64,000 bases of DNA from the human T2T-CHM13v2.0 reference genome, Homo sapiens: NCBI GenBank assembly GCA_009914755.4, contig CP086569.2, positions 3,968,001 through 4,032,000 on the forward strand, written 5' to 3'. The translations under genes were made by a program, and so were the position numbers. Below are positions 51,421 through 64,000 of this stretch, piece by piece. Positions within the stretch are counted from its first letter, which is position 1. The number at the start of each line of letters is the position of its first letter. Under the pieces are notes generated by a model. It did no database searches, was not told the origin of the DNA, and saw only the letters and a program-made list of their open reading frames with translations.

Positions 51421-54400
51421 ATGCTAAAAGGTTAAACATGTCAAAGAGTTTATCAAGTACTGATCAAAATCCCATACTTACAAAAATTAGCAAAACAACC
51501 CTCAAATTTGGGCAGATGTAACCTTTAAATATGAAGTGTTATTTGTATAGTTTGTACCAATTTGCACTAACAGATATTCACTCCACCACCTCTAGCTTTA
51601 TTCCTGTAGCTAAATATCTTTTCTAGTTTTTTCCATTGGATATTTATTGCATCTTGAAAAATCTGGCATTTTCAAGCTTGTGTGTTCTTCTGCAAGCTCC
51701 TGATTTTAACGTATAGCTTTTCTTTTCTTTCTTCATTCATATAAACAAATCTTGTATTTATTTTAGAAATCTTCATGACCCTTCCAAAAGAAAATTACTT
51801 CATTTCATAGTATAAACTGAAAAGCTAGCTTTTATCTTACTGCTTTATTTGTATTATCACAGGAAGTCACACGGTTTTTCCATTCTTGCAGTAAACTATC
51901 GTGGATAATTGATCCTCACACAGTACAGAGAAAGGCTGCAGGCTAAATTCTGTCCAAAGATACAACTCTAAAATTATCTGGGAAGAAAGGAAATACATAG
52001 ACAGATAAAGAGAAAGATGAGAGAGAGAGAGCACCAAAAAGTGAGTTCATCTCTATTAAGTGAACATTACTTTGTTATTGGCTTCAATCTGATCGTGGTT
52101 GTCATTTCTTTTACCAGTTTGTTTAAGGAGACATGCATCATTCTAGTTTTAGGCAGTAAAAGGTGACATTGTAGATATAAATAGTATTAGATTTTGTTGA
52201 GGTACTGAATATATTTGAAAAATTTTTGAAAAGCTGTTAAATATTTTGAAATATAAGGCATCAGTCAGCAGTTTTTTTAACTTCCCAGATAATAAACCTT
52301 TTCAGCCTTGCAGGCCATATAGGCTCTGTTGCAATTTCTCAACTTTTCATATTGGGAAAGCAGCTATAGATAATACATAATTGGATCAGCATGGCTGTGT
52401 TCCAGTGAAATTGTATTTACAAAAGTAGGCATATTACTCAGACAGTAGTTTACCAATCCCTGAAGATATCATTATGATTTATCATCAGTTAGTTTCACAT
52501 CATTCCATTGTACTAGCATTCTTCCATTAAATCCAAATTCTGTTATCTGTTATTTTTCTGTGTGTCTGTTAAATGAAGAGTTTTAATCTAGAATAGATTC
52601 ATGAAAATATCCAAGAAAATATGGTTATTAAGGAAATAATTACTTAGCACTTATGAGGTTTTTGAAAAATTGTTGCAAGGCATTGTTTCCTGTAAACATA
52701 TGCAGAACTTCATTGAAATGACTCTTTATAGCTTATTTTAAATGTATTGTTTGGTTTTGTTTCTATCTAGCACATAGTTATAATATCTAGTGTCTCTATG
52801 GGTCTATAACTAGTACCCAGGGCAATAAGAAAGTAATTGTAAAAGAACAAAATGAAGAAGCAAAAAAAAAAGAAAAATAAAATGAGTGAAATAATTAGAC
52901 AATTTACCTACAAAATAAATAAGTACAAGTGGCGTATATGCACAGCATCACTTATAATCCCGAAAATGGAAGGTAAACAGAAAATTTTTTATCATATTGA
53001 CAAAAACAGAAAAAAGATCAGTCTTCTGATTCTTGGTGAGGATGTGAGGAAATGGGAATCTCCTAACAGATTTACAGGACAATTCAGCTGTATCTATGGC
53101 TATCATAAATGTTTACACCTTTGAACTCAGCACTTCCCACTACTTGGAATTTATGCAAGTCAGCAAAATATTAAATGTCCCATTATTTAAAATACTAAAC
53201 ATTTGGAAACAAGTCAAATGCTTATCCTTAGAAGCATGGTAAAAGTAAATTGCAGAACAGTATATAGAACATAATTCCATTTTTATTAAAAAATAACTAG
53301 TTAAAATGAATATAGTGAAGTTGAAGACAATGATAAATTGTGCAGGTTGAGTAAGTTTAAATTTCCTTAACCTCAGTTTCAACCTCTACAAAATTCTAGC
53401 TAAAAAAATGATATGACTATATACAAATAAATTCCTGAAAATAAAAAGCATGATTATGAAGTGATTCTGAATTAGAATTATTCAAACAGCCTATTTAGAG
53501 TTGTATATATAAGTGAAATTAATTAAACTAAGGGTAAGAAGATAGAGTACTTTTAAACTCACAAACTTTTTTTATGTTTTCTTTGACAAGAATTTGGAAT
53601 CATCAGAAATATTTGAAGAAGAATCAAATACCACCTTTGATTAACTGGTATCTGTAGTATTTGAAGTGGTTTGCATGAGAGTGTTAATATAAGTGGGGAA
53701 ACTTTTGAAAAGAGGTTATAGTTGTCAATGGAACTTAACCTGAACAAAAGCTTTGGTAAGGGCCTTGGGAAAATTAGAATATTATTGATGATGGCGTCAG
53801 TATAGAATGAGCTATGTATACTTACTAAGAAGCCTTTAGGTATATTATCAGTATGAATGTGATTGATTGCAAGAAAGAAAATATCAAATTAGAATGATTC
53901 AAATGATGAGAACATGTATTGTCTTACCCGCAGGCCGTGCATTTTCAGGGTTAGTTTATTCAGTTTCACACATATTAGGGCTTTTGGTCTGCTTCTTGTG
54001 GTCACAAGATGGCTGCTACAGTTAAATGAAGTATCCCAGACAACGGGCCCCTTCTGTCTCCTTGGCCAGGATTGCATCACATGCTATTGCCTAGACCAAA
54101 TGTTGATCAAAGAAATAGTAATGTCATGATTGTTTTAGACTTTTCAGTGTTCACCCCAGGAGAAAGGGAAGGGAAGAGAAGGTGCATGAGAGGGTGGATT
54201 TAAACACAAAATCAGTTACCAAGCAAAGAGGTGAAGACAATATGACGGTAAAGAAATCATCTGTATGGCAAACAACCAATGGCATCTGTCACAGCTGTCA
54301 ATGGTTTCTATTCAGTAGATGGAAGATAAAGTCTAGGGATTAGATACCAAGGAAATTTATTCACTCAGATTTTTTATTCCCTTATTTAATGCATGATTTT

Positions 54401-57302
54401 TTCCATTTAGATAAATATTTTTTAAATGTAAAACAGTTAGTAAAATTAGGGCGCAGTGAAAAGCGTGCATATCATGTAGAGCAATAAACTGGGACTCAGC
54501 AGACTGAGATTTTATTATTTTACTTTGGTAGTTAATTTCTATTCGAAATATGATGTGTCTTTTTCCAAAAAAACTGTAAAAAAGGTAAAATACAACAAAC
54601 TACCTATATCCTACTTTGCAGAACATAATATAGAATTTAAATAGGTAGAACGTCTGTAAGCTTTAAACTGCTTGGAGGAAGATACTATGTGAATAAAATA
54701 TCTCTGAACTTTTTAAAAGGAGAAATATTAGATAATTCTTGAAAAATTATCTTGGAGGATGTATGCTAGAAATTTTCCTAAGAACATACTAATAGTATTG
54801 GATATAATACGCATAAAATTCCTGTTTGTTAAAAAATTATGTTGGGAATAATTAACATAAAATAATACGTATTCCATATGCTGTATTTGCATGTAATATT
54901 TAATGAAAACTATTATAACATGCAAGTCATTTTTGCTTATTTTGTAAATAATGAATCAATGTTTTAAACTATTCATCTTTTTCAGAAAATCACTTAAAAA
55001 TAAATTCGATGTCAAATTAAAGCATAATCATGAGAATAATGTTTATTTTACTTTGACTACTTTCATATATTTCCTTCTTCAAAATAAAAAGAAAATTAAA
55101 ATTGTTTTTGTGAAAATAATGTGTTCATTAAGAACTTAAACACTTCAAAAAAAAGTTTACAAAAAAGGAAAAGAATCATCAATCCAAATTCTATTCACCA
55201 GAAATAACAATTCAAGAGCAGTCAAAATTTAGACCATAATTTGATATCTGTCTTTTACAAATATTTGCTAACAGATACGGTATTAATTTAACATCCCTCA
55301 AAGCCATCCCCAATCTCATTAGGTTATTCAGAATATAGCAAAAAAATCTATAAGATTTTAGAAGGATAGATCATTTCATTAGTTGCAATATAAATATAGA
55401 CTCACTTTTATTTAATTAAACCAGTTTAATTTTTTATTACCAAACTAGAAAATATTGATTAGCTGAGAAATCTTTACATTGCTTAAACTGGAGGAGTCCA
55501 ACCTCTTTCTTAATTTGATTTCAAATAAAAACTCCTCAGTATTATATTGCCGTGCCTTTTTTTTTTTCATCTATATTTATAAACCCTCTGTGGTACAGAT
55601 TCAAAAGAGGTTTGACTTGGCGATAGCTTCGGCTAAAGCCAAAGATTTTCAGTAGGACAATTGTTCTAATATATTAATGCTTTTAAAATAAGTAACCTAT
55701 GGAATTGTGAAAAATGGAGATTCTCTAGGCACACCTTTGTGGTTTTAATATGGTACATCTGGGAAGGATCTTAGGAGTCTGAATATTTAATAAGCACTCC
55801 ATGTAATTCTGATTCATGTGGCAGATGGGCCAAACTTTAGAAACACTATCCTAAATCCATTGTCACTAGTTTCTCCTAAAAAAAAATAGTAAAGTCTTTG
55901 CTCTACTAATATTTTTTCTTTGTTTGTAAGGCACACAAGGTGTATTTAAGATCATGTAAAATTTTCTTATACTTAGAAAACCATAGTAATTTTATTACTG
56001 AATGTTTTAGAAGGCATGACAAAAACAGAGAATGTTTAAATATGGTCATGTAATTTGTAATGTTCTAATTTGGTTGTGGCCATTATATGGGAAAATCAAT
56101 TATTTTAAAATAAGAAATACCATTATTCTTAAAAATCTATTGAGATTCATCATATAGAAATTTAGAGAAATTCTACTTTTAGTTCTAGAAATATTATGAT
56201 TTTTTAAATAATAAATATATGTTTCCTGAGCTATCTCTTTTTTCTCATTACAAGTGTTGCAAGGGGCTACACCTTGACCTAACGTCTTTACGTGGGTACT
56301 TGCGCTTACTTTGTAGCCTTCATCAGGGTTTGCTTCTATTACTTAAGGCCTTCTATTACTTAAGGCATGCCATCTTACTGGTAAACTTCTACATTGATCT
56401 TCTATTCGTTGTTAAAAAAACATAAAATATTAGTCAATCATCACTTGCTCTATTCTTATCCATTTCTAGGACATGCATCCACCACGGCTGTTTCAGGCAT
56501 TTCTATTTAAAGTGCTGTGAATGTCTCCTGAACTCTTACCATTGGTTCCTTTAGAATATATACTTCTTTGTGTTGAATGCGGCTGATGATGGTTATAAAA
56601 TGAGTGCCTTCTCTCATGTCTGTCTTTGTTTTTTTTTTTTTTTAGACTTTTTTGTCTTTAGAAATGTGAATCTATTAGTTACTTCCCCATTACTCTGAAG
56701 GATGCTAGTATCAGAATTGGTACTCATTTCTAATCGTCTGATTCTCCTAAGGCCAACTCAATTCACATGTTAACCACTTTATATTTCTTTATTGTGCTTA
56801 GTGAAAGAAAGCTTATCAAAACTAAAACAAAAGAAAGAATCGTATACTTATTAGTATAAGGTTTCATCTATTTTCTTTATTCAAAAGAAAAAATTAAAAA
56901 CCTAAACAATTTCTCCATGATTCTAACATTTTCTCTAAAAATTATAACATTACTCTTCACAGAATTCCACCATACACTTGTTTACAAAGATTACCAAACA
57001 TTTTCCCTGCTTAGCTAATAACTCCAGAAGATTTATCTTTTTCACTATGCTTTTTTTGTTTGATCACGGAAGAGTTTATGACTGTCCTTCATAATGAGAG
57101 CATAACATATCTCAGTGTCAAATGCACTTAATTTTATCTTGTATGTAATATAAACAATTCACTATCTGTAGCACTTTAGGTGAACGCTGGATTAGTTGAA
57201 ATAGCAGCACATATACTACAACTATTATTTACCCATTTATTTTGCCACCTATATGGCAAGAGTTTTTAGGAAAGATTGTTACAGAATATAGAAGACAGAA
57301 TA

Positions 57303-57339
57303 TGTGTGTGTGTGTGTGTGTGTGTGAGAGTGTGTGTGT
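57303..57339. repeat. (GT)n microsatellite with one interruption
   Basis: (tg)12 agag (tg)5. Confidence 0.95.
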
Positions 57340-59088
57340 ATTCTCTTATAATATATACCCATATTTTCTTATTATTAAGCTTATACATATCAAGACAAAT
57401 TCCCTTAGTCCCTGGAATTCCTAATATGGGATATACCCAGTAAGAAGAGTGAGAAGGCAAGGCAGCATGGATTAAGTAGGACACCAATATTCACAAAGTG
57501 AGGAAAAGAGAATGTGCCAATGAAAAAAAATGGAAAAGAAATATTCAAAGAAGTAAAAATCTAAGATAACGACATAGAAGCTAAAAGAGAAAATAGTTTC
57601 AAAAAGATGAAGTGGTATATTAGTCTGTTCTCATGCTGCAATAAAGAACTGCTTGAGATTGGGTAATTTATAAGGAAAGAGGTTTAATTGACTCACAGTT
57701 CTGCACAGCTGGGGAAGCCTCAGGAAACCTACAATCATGGCAGAAGGGGGGAGCAAAAACAGCCTTCTTCAAATGACGGTGGGAAGGAGAAGTGCTAAGC
57801 AAAGGTGGAAAAATCCCATATAAAACCATCAGATTTTGTAAGAACTCACTATCATGAGAACAGCAGCATGGGGGTAACCACCACCATGACTCAATTACCT
57901 CCCACCAAGTTTCTCCCATAACACGTGGGGATTATGGAAACTACAATTCAAGATGATATTTGGGTGGAGACGCAGACAAACCATATTATTTCATCCCTGG
58001 CCCCTCCCAATCTCGTGTTCTTGCAATTTAAAACACAAACATGCTTTTCCAACAGTCCTCCAAAGTCTTAACTCATTCCAGCATTCACCCAAACGTCCAA
58101 GTCCCGAGTTTCATCTGAGACAAGGCAAGTCCCTTCCACCTATGAGCCTGCAAAATCAAAAGCAAGTTTGTTACTTCCTAGATACAATTCAGGTACAGCA
58201 TTGGTAAAATGCACTTTCTCCAAGTGGGAGAAATTGGCCAAAACAAAGGGGTCACAGGCCCCATGCATGTTTGAAATTCATTAGGGTAGTCATTAAACCC
58301 TAAAGCTACAAAATGATATTTTTTTACTTCATGTCTCACATCCAGTTCATGCTGATGCAAGAGGTGGGCTCCCACTGCCTTGGGCAGCTTCACCCCTGTG
58401 GCTTTTCAGGATACAGCCCCCTTCCTAGCTGCTTTCATGGTCTGGTGTTGAGTGCCTGCAGCTTTTTCAGGTGCACAGTGCAAGCTGTCAGTGGGTCTAC
58501 CATTCTGGGGTCTGGAGGATGGTGGACCCCTTCTCACAGCTCCACTAGGCAGTGCCCCAGTGGGGACTCTGTGTGGGGGCTCCAACCCTACATTTTTCTT
58601 CCTCACTGTCCTAGAAGAGATTCACCATGAGGGCTCTGCCCCTGCAGCAAACTTCTGCCTGGACAGTCAGGCATTTTCATACATCCTCTGAAATCTAGGC
58701 AGAGGTTGCCAAACCTCAATTCTTGTCTTCTGCACACCTGCAGGATCAACACCATGTGGAAGCTGCCAAGGCTTGGGGCTGAAGCAATGGCCCGAGCTAT
58801 ACCTTGGCCCCCTTTAGCCATGGCTGGAGCTGAAGCATCTGGGATGCACAGCACCATGTCCCTAGGCTACGCAAAGCAGGAGGGTCCTGGGCTAGGTCCA
58901 GGAAAGCATTTTTACCTTTTAGACCTTCAGGCTTGTGATGGGAGGGGCTGCCATGAAGGTCTCTGAAATGCTCTGGAAACATTTTTTCCATTGTCTTGCT
59001 AGTTAACATTTGACTCTCTGTTATTAATGCAATTTTCTTCAGTGGGATTGAATTTATCCCCAGAAAATGTTTTTATTTTCTGTCATAT

Positions 59089-60069
59089 TGAGAGGTGACA
59101 ATGTGCTAGCAGCCCTCACTCTCGGCACCTCCTCGGCCTCGGCGTCCACTCTGGCTGCACTCGAGGAGCCCTTCAGCCTGCTGCTGCATCTGGTGGAGGC
59201 CTTTGAGGCTGGCTGAGTCTGGAGCCAGCTCCCTCTGCTTGCCGTGAGGTGGGGAGGGAGAGGCGTGGGCAGGAGCGGGGCTGTGTGCCGCGCTCGCAGA
59301 CCAGTGTGGGTTCCAGGTGGGCACGGGCTTGGTGGGCCCTGCACTCAGGAAGGCCGGCCGGTGACTGCTGGGCTTGACTGGGGGATGAGCTCCCTCTGGG
59401 CTGCCAGAGTGCCTGGGCTAGGTGCCGCAAAGACCCATGGTGAGTGCCATTGAAAAGTGAAGCCAAGGTTTATAAATGCACCAATCAGTGCTCTGTGTCT
59501 AGCTAATCTAGTGGTGACTTGGAGAACTTTTCTGTCTAGCTAAAGGATTGTAAACGCACCAATCAGCACTCTGTGTCTAGCTAAAGGTTTGTAAATGCAT
59601 CAATCAGTGCTCTGTGTCTAGCTAATCTGGTGGGGACTTGGAGAACTTTTGTGTCTAGCTAAAGGATTGTAAACGCACCAATCAGCTCTCTGTAAAACGG
59701 ACCAATCAGCTCTCTGTAATATGGACCAATCAGCAGGATGTGGGTGGGCCAGATAAGGGAATAAAAGCAGACCATCCGAGCCAGCAGTGGCAACCTGCTT
59801 AGGTCCCCTTCCACACTGTGGAAGCTTTGTTCTTTTGCTCTTCGCAGTCAATCTTGCTGCTGCTAACTCTTTTGGTCTGTGCCACCTTTATGAACTGTAA
59901 TGCTCACCGCAAAAGTCTGCAGCTTCACTCCTGAGGCCAGCGAGACCACAAACCCACCGGAAGGAATGAGCAACTCCAGATGCACTTAAGAGCTGTAACA
60001 CTCACTGAGGGGGTCCGCAGCTTCATTCTTGAAGTCAGCAAGACCAAGAACCCACCAATTCCACACACA
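59089..60069 (+). mobile_element. LTR12-family (HERV9/ERV1) solo LTR, about 980 bp, nested inside the THE1 internal region
   Basis: Begins tgagaggtgaca and ends ..gaagtcagcaagaccaagaacccaccaattccacacaca, i.e. TG..CA termini. A GC-rich 5' part (59089-59460) retains CpGs. The U3 carries 5 tandem units containing ccaatcag. The promoter-proximal block reads gatgtgggtgggccagataagggaataaaagcagaccatccgagccagcagtggcaacc...ccttccacactgtggaagctttgttctttt, followed by two actcac(c/t)g(c/a)..gtc(t/c)gcagcttca.tc.tgaag.cagc.agaccaa.aacccacc units. A 4-bp TSD atat lies at 59085-59088 and 60070-60073. Confidence 0.85.
59470..59770 (+). promoter_or_regulatory. LTR12 U3 enhancer/promoter module: 5 CCAAT-box tandem repeats, a GC/GT box and a TATA-like element
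   Basis: ccaatcag occurs at 59481, 59559, 59678, 59702 and 59726, with a degenerate tcaatcag at 59600. gtgggtggg lies at 59738-59746 and agataagggaataaaag at 59751-59767. LTR12 elements with this architecture are known to act as NF-Y/Sp1-dependent promoters. The downstream poly(A) signal position reads agtcaa rather than aataaa in this copy. Confidence 0.6.
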
Positions 60070-61549
60070 ATATCATCAGGCTACAATTTTTCAAATTTTT
60101 ATGCTGTGCTTCCTATTGAATGCTTTGCCACTTAGAAATTTCTTTCAGCAGTTACCCTAAATGATCTCTCTCAAGTTCAAAGTTCCATAGATCCCTAGGG
60201 CAGGGGCAAAATGCCACCAGTCTTTTTGCTAAAGAATAGCAAGAATCACCTTTATTTCAGTTCCCAGGAAGTTCCTCATCTCCATCTGAGATCCTCTCAG
60301 CCTGGACTTCATTGTCCATATCACTATCAGCATTTAGTGAAAGCCATTCAACAAGTCTCCAGGAAGTTCCAAACTTTCCCACATTTTTCTCTATTCTGAG
60401 CTGTCAAAGTTATTACAACCTCTGTCTGTTACCCAGCTTCAGAGTTGCTTCCACATTTTCAGTTATCCTTACAGCAGAGCCCCACTACCTCCTAGTACCA
60501 ATTTACTGTGTTCATTTATTCTTATGCTGCTATAAAGAAATGCCCATGACTGGGTAATTTATAAAGGAAAGAGGTTTAATTGGCTCACAGTTCAGCATGG
60601 CTTGGGCGGCCTCAGGAAACTTACGATCATAGCGGAAGGGGAAGCAAACACATCCTTCTTCACATGATTGCAGGAAGGAGAAGCGCCAAAGACCCTTATA
60701 AAACCATCAGATCTCATGAGAACTCACTCACTGTCACAGCAGCATGGGGGTAACTGCCCCCATAATTCAATTACCTTCCACCAGGTCCCTCCCACAACAT
60801 GTGGGAGTTATGGGAACTACAATTCAAGATGAGATTTGGGTGGGGATGCAGCAAAATTATATCAAGTGGTCAATAATGTCAAATGCTGCAGAAAGTCTCA
60901 GTAATATCAAGTTTAAAAACAAGGCACAGAATTTGGCATAAATAGTACTTTAGTGTCCTTGCTGATATAAGTTTCTTCTTGTGGGTATGAATGAAATTCA
61001 TTTATATTGCCAACAACACTACCTCAAATAATTCCTAAAGTCTCTTTTTGAAAATTCATTTAAATTGGTTCTCCTATTTAAAAAGCCAGATAAATTTAAA
61101 CATAAATATCCCACACTGCATGTTACAACAAGCTGAAGGCCCAGAATCAAATAATATTCTCTTCTGATTGAGCTTCATAGAAGAATGTAAAACAAATCAA
61201 CTTTTTTTTTCTTTACTGCTATTTGTTAATCTGTGCATGGTACTCAAAATTGTTTAGAAACAGGCAGATTGGACCAATGCTAGGAACTTCCAAAAATGAT
61301 GTAAGGTTGAGTAACTCATAGTAAACAATAACTTGGTTGTACATTTAAAGACAACTAAAAGAGTGTAATCATATTATTTGCAACTCAAAGGATAAATGCT
61401 TGAGGAGATGGATATCCAATTCACTATGATGTAATTATTTCACTTTGCATGCCTGTTTCAAAACATTTCATGTATGCCATAAATATATACACCTACAGTG
61501 TATTCACTAAAATTAGAAAATAGGAAACTAAGCAAAACAAAACAAAACA

Positions 61550-64000
<2,451 letters not shown>

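Larger units (their letters stand above)
57616..60864 (-). mobile_element. Full-length THE1 (ERVL-MaLR): 3' LTR at 57616-57988, internal region at 57989-59088 and 60070-60506, 5' LTR at 60507-60864, with a perfect 5-bp TSD
   Basis: Both LTRs are reverse-complement THE1 LTRs (tgtattagtc..ctcacagttc..ccatcagat..gagaactcact..gcagcatggggg..cctcccac..ggga.ttatgg.aactacaattcaagatga.atttgggtgg..atatca). The internal sequence at 58200-58700 is the reverse complement of the THE1 internal region seen in + orientation at 27845-28514. The TSD agtgg occurs at 57611-57615 and at 60865-60869. Confidence 0.85.

Noticed and set aside
58313-59466. Cluster of 60-105 aa ORFs on both strands in a GC-rich patch
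   Set aside because: This is THE1 internal sequence (58313-59088) and the GC-rich 5' part of the LTR12 solo LTR (59089-59460). The open frames reflect GC content and carry no recognisable protein signature.
59470-59745. Tandem units of about 70-120 bp carrying ccaatcag that might be read as a repeat-spacer array
   Set aside because: These are the well-known U3 tandem repeats of LTR12/HERV9 LTRs (CCAAT and GC boxes), not CRISPR. The units are contiguous with no unique spacers, and no cas-like ORFs are nearby.

Overview
This window is hominid, almost certainly human, nuclear genomic DNA. It is not a prokaryotic or accessory-type locus. It is AT-rich and gene-poor, and by eye more than 60% is recognisable transposable-element sequence.

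What I can support from the sequence:
- At least nine L1 copies or fragments of several ages. These include one full-length but decayed L1PA-type element at 30475-36862, an old L1 with a roughly 2.6 kb 5'UTR at 8121-13900, ancient L1M 3' portions, and a younger 5'-truncated L1PA that runs off the window end.
- Six Alu elements or fragments.
- One SVA composite retrotransposon.
- One Tigger1 (pogo-type) DNA transposon, split into four pieces by nested Alu, SVA and L1 insertions. The nested L1 in turn carries its own Alu.
- MaLR LTR elements: three THE1 copies and one MLT1-like fragment.
- A roughly 1 kb LTR12/HERV9-type solo LTR nested inside a full-length THE1.
- An LTR7-like fragment, one MIR, microsatellites and several short tandem duplications.

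I find no CRISPR array, no rRNA or tRNA gene, no operon-like gene array, and no convincing host protein-coding exon. Every long ORF in the supplied six-frame track is explained by L1 ORF1 or ORF2, by Tigger transposase remnants, or by chance open frames in GC-richer repeat sequence such as L1 5'UTRs, LTR12, SVA and THE1-internal regions. The honest answer to whether a novel system is hidden here is therefore no.

The points worth a second look are structural and regulatory:
- the multi-level nesting of elements inside the Tigger1 copy;
- a short SVA with flanking direct repeats;
- a CpG-retaining LTR12 solo LTR carrying five CCAAT-box tandem units and a TATA-like element;
- a head-to-head L1 junction at about 42490 that may be a twin-priming inversion;
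- an unexplained 177 bp segment present in two copies about 6.3 kb apart, one of them interrupting an L1 3'UTR.

All family assignments come from my recollection of consensus sequences and protein motifs. Coordinates of repeat ends are good to roughly 5-20 bp.
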